Positions 35,819 through 47,809 of a stretch of 64,000 nt of DNA are shown here, piece after piece. Source of the stretch: Felis catus (taxonomy: Eukaryota); NCBI RefSeq assembly GCF_018350175.1, contig NC_058368.1, positions 103,790,001 to 103,854,000 of the forward strand. The letters are read 5' to 3'. The translations under genes and the position numbers were made by a program. The notes below the pieces were generated by a model that saw only the letters and a program-made list of their open reading frames with translations, had not been told where the DNA came from and ran no database searches. Position 1 is the stretch's first letter. Every line of letters starts with the position of its first letter.

Positions 35819-37205
35819 AAAATAAGTAAATAATAAGAAAATCAAATGTTATATACAAAAATACACATATCTCTACATGTATATATACACAGAATATTTC
35901 TCGGCCATAAAAAAGAATGAAATCTTGCCATTTGCAACAACATGTATGGACCTAGAGAGTACTATGCTAAGCAAAATTAAGTTAGACACAGAAAGACAAG
36001 TACCATATGATTTTGCTTACATGCCAAATCTAAAGAAAAAAAAAACCATGAAACAAATAGAAACAGAAATAGACTCATAGATACAGAGAACAAACTACAG
36101 GTTGCCAGATGGGAGAGGCATGGAGGGAAAGGCGAAAAAGGTGAAGGGGATTAACAGGCATAAAATTCCAGTTACAAAATAAAAAAGTCTCAGGGATGAA
36201 AAGTACGGCATGGGAAATTCAGTCAATAATAGTGTAATAACATTGTATTGGTAGAGATGGTGACTACACTTCCTGTGATAAGCGCTGAGTGATGTAGAGA
36301 ATTGTGGAATCGCTATGTTGTACACCTGAAACTAATAACATTGTATGTCAGCTACACTTCAATAAAGAAGATGTTTTTAAAAGACTGTGAAATCAGTATG
36401 GACTCATAAAAGTCACACTAGGAAAGTCTTGTAGTTACATTTGAAATAGTTACAAATACCAACTGGGGAATCCAGTATTTTCTGAAGAGCATCTCATGAA
36501 TCAATTTCTTTATAAGTCACAAATGAAAGACAAGAAGTATTATTATGCGAGCCATGCTAAGAGGAGACGTCATTCATCTTAACAAGAAATTAACATTCTT
36601 GAGCAAAAATGATCATAGGATCTGACCTGTCACCTCCCTCCGGAAGGAAATTATATGTTCCGAATTCCTCAGTCTCTGGATAACATAACATTAAATCAAA
36701 CAGTTGAAAATAGGGACAGACGTAATATCTCTGATAGAAAACTCTATGAATCAAAGAGTAAATCTCCCTCGTTCCACAAATGCATCCATTTCAAGCTATC
36801 TTCCTGAATCTTCTGTTCTCTCAACTGCTTGAATTTATTACTGATTGAAATATGCATCAGTAATGATCATTAGAGCTATTGTGCATTGTAATTCATTTAT
36901 AATTTTTACTAATTCAGCCTACACCATTCACCACATGCAATAGCTTCCTAAAATAGAGTAAGGGAGTGAAAATCAGGAATACTCTATTTTGTGGGTAGCT
37001 GCAGACTTGTTTGCACTAATCATCTTCTTCTGCACAGGTTACCTCTCAGAGTGGGACCTCCAGTGGCTAATCCTTGTTCCTTTGCCTTTCTGTCTAAAGC
37101 CTGAGAAGGCGAGGATACAGTCAGGGTCCATCAGTGAGGGCTAGAGGTAGAAACCTTTCAGTGTCTCCCACAACACAGAAATGTAGCAATAAAGAAAAGA
37201 TGCTG

Positions 37206-37390
37206 GGGGCACCTGGGTGGCTCAATCGGTTAAGCATCTGACTTCAGCTCAGGTCATGATCTCACGGTTTGTGAGTTCGAGCCCTGCATGGGGCTCTGTG
37301 CTGACAGCTCAGAGCCTGGAGTCTGCTTCAGATTCTGTGTCTCCCTCTTTCTCTGCCCCACCCCTGCTTGCGCTCTGTCTCTCTGTCTCT
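37206..37390 (+). mobile_element. Felid SINE lacking A tail
   Basis: Similarity stops within CT tract (ctctgtctct|actcgg). Confidence 0.9.
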
Positions 37391-37954
37391 ACTCGGTCAT
37401 TTGAAAAAGCAGTGTGATCACATCAGCACTGTGGAAACTTGTGTTAAAAGATGGTTTTTAAACAGATAAAATCATGATTTTCATACAAATACCATATGAA
37501 TACATGTCAAGATTTTATTTAACTCATTAATTAATGGCAGAATCGGTAAGATGTCAAAAACAATCCCAATGACTTTCCAAAGGATTTTCTATACGGGCAA
37601 TGCTGAAACGAATTTGCTAATAGATGCAAAAATGGTCACTATCCAAGGCAATCAAACGTAATATTTGGAATTGTCTGGGGGAGAAGGCATCAGTTACATT
37701 CCACCTACCTGACAGAATTTATTTGCATCGCACTGAACAGGGACCAATTGCTTTACTCTGCACATCAAACCTCTATGTCACCCAGCCATCTTGGTACCCA
37801 CTTGTAAGTACTTCACAATTTTTTTCCAACACTAGTACAATCTAGATGTCCTCTAGTCCATTCTTCTGGGTTTAGATTCTTCCTTAATATCCAGTTTAAC
37901 ATCCAAGCCCTGGCCCCTACACCATGGGAAGTCCTGTACCTTCCCAATGTAATT

Positions 37955-38026
37955 AACATTTCCCCTTTCCTTATTCCCTAAAGCACCACTAACAGTTCCC
38001 CTTTCTTTATTCCCTAAAGCACCACT
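37955..38026. repeat. 36-bp tandem duplication (2 mismatches)
   Basis: aaca(t/g)ttcccctttc(c/t)ttattccctaaagcaccact x2. Confidence 0.93.
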
Positions 38027-39267
38027 GTAGGATTTAATAGATTCCTCCCAAGGGTTTGGGAATAACAGAGGGGAAATGACAACACAGCATAAAACAAGAT
38101 CTTAACATTCTTAAAGTTAATTTGGCTATCTCCACCCATGGGAATTTCTCCCTGGCTGCTTTACTCCATAGACCTCATCCAGTTGCTGAAACTCCACACC
38201 CTTAGTCCCAGAGTACATACCCCACCAGAAGAACTCCAAAATTTGACAGAGCACTTTGGCACTTTTCCTATCAAGTGCCTTTTTCCAGCTAAGGTCACAG
38301 TGGTGGCGGTCGGGGAACTTGAGTTTCATAACCTAAAAAAGCCACTGTCGACGTTTTTCTAAATAACGCAGGCTGAATTTCCATCCTGAACAGGGGAAGA
38401 GCCAGCCAGAGCTTTGAAATTATAATTTTCCTTAACAGGCTCCAGATCAAATCCTCGGACAGTGCTCCATCCACCACAAAAGTATACAAGAGAAGGAAAT
38501 AATAGTGAAATATATATGTTCCCCATTTCTGAGCAACCCACATGAGTAATGTCATTTTCGCCCCATGATGTTACAGATAGCGTACATAAGTTAGACGGTA
38601 AATACTTTTAAAGTTTAGAGGTCAAATAGAAGCTATGAATATGTAAATCAAATTTTACACTGTTATTAACTCACCAGTTAAAGAAATATTTTCTTCTGAA
38701 TATTTCTAGAAGTTAGAATTACAGATTGCAGAACTTCTAAGATGTAGACAATCATAAAAGTAGCTCATTTTTAAATGTATTATGTATACTTCCAATAAAG
38801 GAAGGTGGCTTCAATCAATGACACCTCTTCATCAAATGACACAAGTCATCAAAACGAAAGATGAAAGGACAAAAACAATAAAGGAACATAGTAGGAAGGA
38901 AATTTCCCTTTGTCTGTTGTTATTACAAAACTCTCTCACATACAGCATGGCCTGATTCTCGCGCCCTCACCTAGGGGAGGTAGAGCCAAGGGAACAGTGC
39001 CATTTTACAGACAAAGTACCTAAGGCTTACAGAGGCTACATGATTTGTCCCCCACCCAGAGAGTTTGAACTGGGGGACAAAATTGATGTCATTTCCCAGT
39101 GGAGGTCTGGAAATTACATCATCCGACTCCAAACTCAAAGACCGTTCTTTTCCACCACGCCACGTTGAGCTTATGGAACATAATTTTAATTATTGGAATA
39201 CAGGTATAACCAACAACATGCTTTTGGAATTGTCTAGCAAATGCAATACTTTTAATACTAAGATGCT

Positions 39268-39426
39268 GGGGGCACCTGGATGGCTCAGTTGGTTGAGCAT
39301 CCAACTTCAGCTCAGGTCATGATGGTGAGGTTCACGAGTTCAAGCCCTACATCAAGCTTGCTCTTGTCAGCACAGAGTCTGCTTCGGATCCTCTGTCCCC
39401 CTCTCTCTCTGCTCCTGCTCCACTTG

Positions 39427-39470
<44 letters not shown>

Positions 39471-39500
39471 AATAAATAAACATTATTTTTTTAAAAAATA
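39268..39500 (+). mobile_element. Can-SINE
   Basis: Head, core, (CT)n, tail. Confidence 0.9.
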
Positions 39501-40197
39501 TTAAGACCCTAGACTTGAAGTTGATTAGAAATTTGCAATAAAACTTCAGCATCCCAGAGAAATACCTTAGAACTATAAGACCCACAACCGACATAAGCAA
39601 ACATTCCCGTAATTGCTATCAGCCCTCTACACACGGTCCCCAACTCCTCAAACCTCTTGACACCTGGCCACACTTCTATGCTAAACACTGGGTCTTAAAT
39701 TACTGAGTTACTGTGGAGTTGGGAAGTCTGAAGTACCTTGTTCTAGGAACTGTGATTGTTCTATCACCCTTCCCATTCAAATCACGGCAACAGAAGACAT
39801 GTCGAGGCCAACAATGAAGCCCTCCAGCTACTACATTGGTAATCTGGCTGCTAAATCCTTTTAATTGCACTGATCTTCAACACAGGAGCATCCGTACTTC
39901 CAGCTAGGCTATCATCCCAGGCCATTTCCCTTTCTAAATTGCTGCTACATTTTTCCCCACACGCCTGCCTGTGCTGGATCAGCTCCTAGTAAATCTGTGC
40001 GCGATACAGGAAACATCCCACAGATAATGAATTTCACCGATATCTCACAAGAAATGTCAGTCATCACAGCTCCATTACCCTCGTGCTGGCAACATAAAAT
40101 AAATTAACACACTCGCTAGTGTTCTCAGAGTGTGTGTTTTTTTGGATTTTTGTGTTATTTTTATAATAGTTATTCTTTGGACATACATATATTCGCG

Positions 40198-40199
<2 letters not shown>

Positions 40200-40235
<36 letters not shown>

Positions 40236-40243
40236 TGTGTGTG
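40200..40243. repeat. (TG)n microsatellite
   Basis: Dinucleotide run. Confidence 0.95.
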
Positions 40244-40279
40244 TTGAGAGAGTGAGAGAAAGAGAAAGCTTGCACTTAC

Positions 40280-40365
40280 CAGCTTCTCTTTTGAGTGAGA
40301 TCTACCTACCTCACCCAAGATAATACTCTTGAAAAAATCACTTCTGCTGAATCATTTGGAGCTTG
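40280..40365 (-). other. Candidate 86-nt exon
   Basis: cttctttctccaacag| acceptor; CTG|GTAAGT donor. Confidence 0.25.
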
Positions 40366-40650
40366 CTGTTGGAGAAAGAAGCTATTCTAAAACAAGCTTG
40401 TACTTAATGCTTTGGAAAGAAATTGACTTCTTAGAATTTCAAAAGGAAGAAGGAATTTCCTGAAGCCTCAACTCTGCTTTAAAAAAAATTACTCTTTTCT
40501 AGTGTCACCCACTCAAAAAACTATGAGAGGTAAGTAAATTCAACTTTCACTTAAAGTCAACGTGAAAACCTAGCTATGTGTTTTTTTTTTCAAACTTCTT
40601 TTAAATCTTTCAAAATTACTGAATTCTAACCTCTCAATAAGAGCTGCTTT

Positions 40651-40842
40651 GGGGACACCCGGGTAGCTCAGTCGGTTAATGAACTCAGCTCAGGTCATGA
40701 TCTCACTATTTGTGGGTTCAAGCCCCACGTCAGGCTCTGTGCTGACAGTTCGGAGCCTGGAACCTGCTTTGGATTCTGTCTGTCTGTCTGTCTCTCTATC
40801 TCTCTGCCTCTCCCCCCCTCTCAAAAAATAAACATTAAAAAA
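40651..40842 (+). mobile_element. Can-SINE
   Basis: Flanked by agctgcttt. Confidence 0.9.
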
Positions 40843-40852
40843 AGCTGCTTTT

Positions 40853-41306
40853 CTCAACAATAGCCAAATTATGGAAAGAGCCTAAATGCCCATCAACTGA
40901 TGAATGGATAAAGAAATTGTGGTTTATATACACAATGGAATATTACGTGGCAATGAGAAAAAATGAAATATGGCCTTTTGTAGCAACGTGGATGGAACTG
41001 GAGAGTGTGATGCTAAGTGAAATAAGCCATACAGAGAAAGACAGATACGTATGATTTCACTCTTATGTGGATCTTGAGAAACTTAACAGAAACCCGTGGG
41101 GGAAGGGAAGGAAAAAAAAAAGAGGTTAGAGTGGAAGAGAGCCAAAGCATAAGAGACTGTTAAAAACTGAGAACAAACTGAGGGTTGATGGGGGGTGGGA
41201 GGGAGGGGAGGGTGGGTGATGGGTATTAAGGAGGGCACCTTTTGGGATGAGCACTGGGTGTTGTATGGAAACCAATTTGACAATAAATTTCATATATTAA
41301 AAAAAA
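40853..41306 (+). mobile_element. 5'-truncated felid L1 3' end
   Basis: Closely resembles 27178-27630 L1; G-rich 3'UTR; TSD aaaaaaa(g/c)ctgctttt. Confidence 0.95.
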
Positions 41307-41706
41307 CCTGCTTTTATTGTCTTGCCACATTTCTTCAAACATCAAAATCTCATAGATTTGGAACGAAGATTAAACATACTAATAGACACCAGTTTTACAT
41401 CAATTTAAGGTGAAGCATCTTTCTGTGTCTTATTATATGGAAGCAGGAATAATTTACTTCATGAAATCAAACATCTTCCCGAGTTATTACATTACAAGTG
41501 AGGGGGTCCTCACCTGTAGTGCCTCAACTTCTCCCATGCAACTGCTTCCCTCGTGAAAAAGTACTAAATTAGTGCTTAAAAGACTGAGACTTATGTGCAT
41601 CAATTCACCCAAAACATGTTTTTTTTTTAAATGAGATAAGTAGTTTGGGTTCTTTCCTTCAATGACTAAGAATATGGTCCATTCTTTCTTTAAAATTTAC
41701 CAGGAG

Positions 41707-41708
<2 letters not shown>

Positions 41709-41752
<44 letters not shown>
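41709..41752. repeat. (GT)n microsatellite
   Basis: Dinucleotide run. Confidence 0.95.
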
Positions 41753-41756
<4 letters not shown>

Positions 41757-42502
41757 ATAAGCAAAGGTAGAAACAAAGAGGAAGGAACAGCAATTTTTTC
41801 AGAAATGTTAGCACCCTTGTACTAGGTAGACTTCACCCAGAATGAAAGAACAACAGACCTTGTAGTGGAAGGTCCAGAGTGGTTAGGTCCAGCACCTTGC
41901 ACATATATTCCATAAGGTAACCATGGCATTCACTCTCCCAAAGACAGAGACTGAAATATCAACCCTCCATCTCCAAGCACGAAAGCCCCTTTTTACCACC
42001 AACACAAGGAATCCAGGACTCCGCCGGGGTCCAACAATTATCCTTGGGGCACTCCTGGGAAGCATCTTCAATGGGTGTCCAAAGGGGAGCTAAATTTATA
42101 AGGCCAAGTCATGGCTCCTAAATTACTTCTGGGTAGGCTGCAAATGAGATGACATAGAACAAGTAGAGCAAAATACCCAATCACGTGAAGACTGACTGTC
42201 AACAGGTATTGGTCTTAGACCCTTTCAGCTCCCGGGCACTCACCCAAGCCCATCGCTGACAATACTCTCTGCTTCAGCCCACTCAGGTGGCTGCGTTATT
42301 ACCCCTGCTCTGGGGCCCCCTGCACCCGGCCTCCTCCCCGCTCTTCTCCACAGTGCCAGCTTCACTTCTGTGTTCTCTTTACCCAGGGGCACCAGAAGGC
42401 TTCTCTCATTTCCTTCCATGACGTCTTGAATAACTCTTCAGGAAGAGCCTCAAATATGCATAAAGTCAAGACTGCAATCATAAGCAATAAAAGAATGACT
42501 CC

Positions 42503-42599
42503 AGGAGCACCTCCTGGCTCATCTGACATCTTCCTCTAGATCTCAGGATCATGAGCTCAAGCCTCACATTGGGTGTGGAGCCTACTATGAAAAAAAAAG
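42503..42599 (+). mobile_element. Short diverged Can-SINE variant
   Basis: gatctcaggatcatgagctcaagcctcacattgggtgtggagcctact + A run. Confidence 0.7.
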
Positions 42600-42928
42600 A
42601 CTCCCAACCCATAGAGGGGGAGTGGGTCATTTGCATGGCTCTGCTGTCAGAAAACATAACCTCGTGATTCTTTCCCCCTCTTCGCCTTACAGAAAGAACC
42701 ACAGAGAAAGGATAAAAGTCACTACAGCCAACGTTCATTCACGTTCTGCTCTAGAAACTAAGTTTCCCAAACACGTGCCAAGCTCAAGAGCAACAGTTGA
42801 ATTACATGTTCTGCCCACAATTTCAACCTTTTTGCCCTTCATTACAGCAATACCATGATATGAATTAGTAAGGGGATGGGGAAATATAGACAGAGAATCG
42901 AAAAAAAGGTAAAACGTTACCACGTTAC

Positions 42929-42988
42929 CGAGCTATAGATGGTGCGGCCGTACGGCAAGACTCCAAAGAGAAAAAAAATCTACTCTTA
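42929..42988 (-). other. Candidate 60-nt exon of unidentified minus-strand transcript
   Basis: ~45-nt pyrimidine tract + CAG acceptor; TCG|GTAACG donor; locally CpG-rich, repeat-free. Confidence 0.3.
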
Positions 42989-43629
42989 CTGAGGAGAGCA
43001 GGCAAGCGACAGAGGAGGACAGGGAAGAAAGAGCTGCCAGCCCGCTCTCCCCGTGTGAGTGGAAGAAAGCGGCTTTTCTCTTTGAAAAGCAGATGAAGGT
43101 TAAGCCCTTGGGGAACTCTGACTGATGATTCTCTTTCATGAACCAGCACATCTTAAACACATTTCCCTTGAGAAGTGGCATCATCATTTCATTTCATGGT
43201 CAAGGTCACTAAAATGCTCCAAAAATAAGTTGGAAGCAGGGAGCAAAAGGAAGAAAGCAAAAAAAAGCAGCTTTGACAACAAAATGATGATGTGAGCAGG
43301 TACATTGTGCAGCGGCTCAAGGCTCTTATCCTGACAGGTCATTTAGCCCCTGTGGATGTGGCCTTTGTGTCTCTTTCTTCCCCTAATGACTCAGCCTGTT
43401 TTCAATGGCTACACCCTCACGGGAACAAAGATGACAGAGGACATGCACAGTAATCAGAGCAATTAGTTTGGGAAGATCACATAACACTGATCCTAATACA
43501 AAAGGACACAGTTCAAAGAAAAACTCCAAGTCTGATGTTTCTTCAGGGTCACTGTCAGAGGCCCTGGATGTGTGTGTCACAGTCAGCCTGGACTGTTACA
43601 GGGAGGTTGGCAGAAATGGACCCAGCATA

Positions 43630-43840
43630 GGGGCACCTGGGGGGTTCAGACTGTTAAGCATCCAACTCTTGGTTTCAGCTCAAGTCATGATCTCGCTGCT
43701 CATGAGATCGAGGCCCGCCTTGGGCTCTGCACTGACAGCTCAGACCCTGCTTGGAATTCTCTCTCTCTGCCCCTCCCCTACACACACGTGTTCTCTCTCT
43801 CTCTCTCTCAAGACAAATAAATGAACATTTTTTTTAAAAC
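43630..43840 (+). mobile_element. Can-SINE
   Basis: Flanked by cccagcat. Confidence 0.9.
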
Positions 43841-44435
43841 AGGCCCAGCATGTTAAATGCACCAGATCACCCAAGCCAAGCTCGGGGACATCTTGGATGT
43901 TGATTTTTCAGTCTTTAATCCAATACCAAGTCCTGTTCCTTCCTCTCCTGAGGCCTCACTGATAACTGGCCTTACCGCTTCATTCAGCATCCGCCCAGGC
44001 TGCAGTTCTCTGCCATCTGCCCCACTGCCTGCAACAACTCCCCCATCTTCCGGTCACTTCCACACTGTGGCCCAGTCTGCATTCCATTGCCAGAACCGTC
44101 TTCCTAAACCCCCATTGCCTCTTGTTCTTTCTCACCAGTGAAAAACATACCACTAAATGCACCACTTTAATGCATCATCATGTATTTGGGAAGCATGGTC
44201 TTCCCATAGCATCTTCGTGTCCGCAGCCCCCCCATTCTTCAACCCACTTGTTGTACACTGGTTTCTCCTCCTTGCTCCACTAAGGCTCTGCCTCCCAAGT
44301 CCATCCACATGCCTCCACTCGTGAAAACCCACAGCAAGATCCCATCCTTCCCCTTCAGGATCTTAGTGCAACTTGTAACACAATAACCAAGCTCTCTGGG
44401 AAACTCCCCTGGGCGGCTTTGAAGATCACACTCTT

Positions 44436-44654
44436 GGGGCACCAGGGAGCTCAGGTGGTTAAGCATCCGCCTCTAGATATTGGCTCACATCGTGAGATGA
44501 AACCCCCCCACCATGGGGCTCTGGGCTGACAGCACTAAGCTTGCTTGGGATTCTATCTCTCTGCCCCTCCCCTGCTCATGCTCTCTCGCTCTCTCGCCCT
44601 CTCTCTCTCTCTCTTTCTCTCTCCCTCAAAATAAATAAGCAAACTTTAAAAAAG
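44436..44654 (+). mobile_element. Can-SINE
   Basis: TSD tcacactctt. Confidence 0.9.
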
Positions 44655-44940
44655 TCACACTCTTAAACATCCTCCCTTAGATCTTTCTTTTCTGTCTTCT
44701 TTTCCAAAGTCTCCCCTCCCAAACCTCGAACTTTTGTGTTCACCAGGTCCCATCCTAAGTGAAACTTCCATCTTTCTGTCCCCAGGGCCCAACCCAATGG
44801 CAGCCCCTGCACATAGAGCCTCTTAATCAATGTTATTGGATTACAGATTTTTTTCAGATTGATGATGTTATTTATCCCAAATCTCCCCACTGTGTGCAGG
44901 CTAAAGTTCAACATCCTCGGTCTAGAATTAAAAGCTTACA

Positions 44941-45135
44941 GGGCACCTGGGTGGCCCAGTCACTTGAGGGTCCAACTCTTGATTATGGCTCAGATCACGA
45001 TCCCACGGTCACTGGATCGGATTCTGCACGGGAAGTGGAGCCTGCTTAAGATTCTCTCTATCTCTCCCTCTCCTCCACTCATGTGCACTTCTCTCTCCCC
45101 CTCTCTCTCTCAAATAAAAAATCAGTGAATAAATA
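44941..45135 (+). mobile_element. Can-SINE
   Basis: Flanked by aaagctt. Confidence 0.88.
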
Positions 45136-45651
45136 AAGCTTTCTACCATCCATTCCTTCCCTTCCTGTTATACCTTCCCACTTCCCTTCTCCAACAAAGA
45201 CATTTCCCCAGAAATCCCTCACTGTCCCTTCTCACTATCCCAAATCTGGACTCTGAGACTTTGTTCAAGTAGTTTATGTGTCCTGATCTTCCCATCTTCC
45301 CATGTGTCCCATCTTCCATGAACTGGTTCAAATTCTCTTCTCAAAGGCCTGACCACTCAGAAGAACAGCCATCTTGCCCTCCGTACACTTTCTATTAGTT
45401 CTTCTCAAAAACACATTTGGATGCATGCTTTCATGGTTATGTACTCATCTGGGATGGGATATGGGAGGAAGATCTATAGTGGGGATGGCAATGGGAACTA
45501 TGAAGGAGTGTAAGTGTGTGTAAGCATGAGGTCTGGGGGTTGTTTCCTTAGGAGGCAGTTTACTCATTACTTGCTAATGGACATCCCCTATTGTAAAGTA
45601 CAGCAACAGACCTCCACTTGGGGCTCAATAAACAGGTAGAAACTGATTTTA

Positions 45652-45914
45652 GGGGAGCCTGGATGGCTCAGTCAGTTGGGTATCTGACTCTTGATTTTGG
45701 CTCAGGTCATGATCTCACAGTCATGGGATTGGGCCCTACATTGCACTCCATGCTGGGCATGGAACCTGCTTGAGATTCTCTCTCTCCCTCTGTCCCTCCC
45801 CTGTGCTCTCCCACACTCTCTCTCTAAAGTAAAATAAAATAAAGTAAAATCAAATCAAATCAAAACAAGTATCTCATTTTCTGGAAAAAAGAAAGAAAGA
45901 AAGGAAAGAAAGGA

Positions 45915-45963
<49 letters not shown>
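45652..45963 (+). mobile_element. Can-SINE with extended tail and (GAAA)n microsatellite
   Basis: TSD agaaactgatt 45638-45648/45964-45974. Confidence 0.88.
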
Positions 45964-45966
<3 letters not shown>

Positions 45967-46017
45967 AACTGATTATAAACTGCCAGTCTTTATATGGCCC
46001 AACCTGAAGGATCTCAT

Positions 46018-46623
46018 TGTTATGAACCAAATGTTTGTGCCCTCCCCCAAAATTCATATGCTGAAATCCTAAACCCTAATGTTATGGTATTAGGAGGTGG
46101 GCCTTAGGATGTAATTAGGTCATGAAGGTGAAGCCATCATGTGTAGGATTAATGTCCCTATAAGAAGAGACACAAGGGGCGCCTGGGTGGCGCAGTCGGT
46201 TAAGCGTCCGACTTCAGCCAGGTCACGATCTCGCGGTCCCTGAGTTCGAGCCCCGCGTCAGGCTCTGGGCTGATGGCTCAGAGCCTGGAGCTTGTTTCCG
46301 ATTCTGTGTCTCCCTCTCTCTCTGCCCCTCCCCCGTTCATGCTCTGTCTCTCTCTGTCCCAAAAATAAATAAATGTTGGGAAAAAAATTAAAAAAAAAAA
46401 AAAAAAGAAGAGACACAAGAGAGCCTGCTTCCTCTCTCTCTGCTCTCCACTCTGTGTGGCTATTAGTCAGTAGCATCCAACTCAGAAGAAGGCTCTCACC
46501 AGACCCCGAGAGTGCTGGCACCACGGTCGCAGACTTCCAGAACCATATAGATATCAATTTCTGTGGTTTACAAGCCACCCAGTCTATGGTATTTTGCAAC
46601 AGCAGCCCAAACTGACTAAGACA
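46018..46623 (+). mobile_element. MaLR solo LTR, MLT1A-like, interrupted by SINE
   Basis: tgttatgaaccaaatgtttgtgcctcccccaaaattcatatg...gacttccagaacc...gcagcccaaactgactaagaca. Confidence 0.85.
46176..46404 (+). mobile_element. Young felid SINE inside MLT1
   Basis: Perfect TSD aagaagagacacaa 46162-46175/46405-46418. Confidence 0.97.
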
Positions 46624-46731
46624 CCATGAAGCACTCCGTACTCTCCAAAACAAAACACTGGGTATGCAGCGTATGGCATGAGGTTCCTTGAGGAATTGGG
46701 AGAGGAAATCATTCGATTACTTCCTCCCAGG

Positions 46732-47160
46732 CCCATCAACAGACGAAGGGATAACTAAACTGTGATATATACCCACAGCGGAATATTATTCAGCCATAAA
46801 AAGGAATTAAATTTTTATATATGCAACCATATGGATGGACCTTGAGAGCACGCTTAGAGAGACCAGACACAAAAGGATAAACATGGTGTGATTCCACGTA
46901 TATCTGAAATACTGAGGATAGGCAAAGTCATGGAGGTGGAAAGAAGAACAGAGGTTACAGGGGAGGGGAGGGCAGGGTAGAGGGGGAACTGAGAATCACT
47001 GCTTAACGGATACAGAGTTTTGGTTAAGGATGATGAAAAAGTTTTGAGTATAGGATGGTTACACAACACTGTAAATGTATTTCATGTCACAGAATTGTAC
47101 ACTTACAAATGGCTAAAATGATAACTATGAAGTTATGTATATTTTACTACTAAAAGAAAA
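46732..47160 (+). mobile_element. Old L1 (L1MB-like) 3' end
   Basis: ggaatattattcagccataaaaagga...gatgatgaaaaagttttg...gaattgtacacttacaaatgg. Confidence 0.8.
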
Positions 47161-47809
47161 CCCCAACAAATTAAATGAGGCCCCCTGATGAGCAGACTGT
47201 GGAGAAGGCAGGAAGCCTGGTTGGCCTTGCGTGGCAATCACTCCACATCTTCCCCTTGGACTGCACACCCACAGATGACCCGAGCCGGCTGAGACACAGA
47301 AAGTCTCATGCTGTCTCACAGTGTGCTGACCCTTCCTTTGGCATCTCCATCAGTGGGCAATTCCTCCCCAAAACACACTGTGCCAGAAATTCGAAACTCA
47401 CCGGAGCATCTCAGCAGCGAAGCTTCCCTGCAGGGAGAAGAAAAAAAGATTCAGTCACCAGGAGACTTTGCCTCTCTCTTTAGTAGTAGGTCATGTTAAG
47501 CAAGAATCTCCCACCCTTTGGGCTTCAGCCTACCTAGTGGGAGAAATAACACCTACCTTGCAGGGCTATTGTGCTATTTTGTACTCAACAGACCTATGAT
47601 ACATAAAACACTTGCAACGTGTCTGGCACAAAGCAGATTCTCAATAACGGTTGTTAATAGTCATTATGCTTATTGTTTTATTAATACTTGTAAATAGTCA
47701 TTCTTATTAGTCTACTCTTCTCTTTATTTTACCAGCACTCTGCCTCCCAGGAATGGAGTCCAGAAAGTCAACCTTTTTGGTTTTTTTTGTTGTTGTTGCT
47801 TTGTTTTGT

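Larger units (their letters stand above)
35129..35845 (+). mobile_element. Can-SINE split by two nested minus-strand SINEs
   Basis: Head 35129-35158, body resumes ~35624. Confidence 0.85.
34715..36365 (+). mobile_element. L1 (carnivore/L1MA-like) ORF2 C-terminus + 3'UTR, interrupted by nested SINEs
   Basis: MKRCSTSLIIRGTQIKTTMRCHL; YTEYFSAIKKNEILPFATTCMDLES; 3'UTR ending gtacacctgaaactaataacattgtatgtcagctacacttcaataaa. Confidence 0.9.

Noticed and set aside
41190..41224. G-quadruplex-like G-run cluster
   Set aside because: Standard G-rich tract of the L1 3'UTR; not locus-specific.
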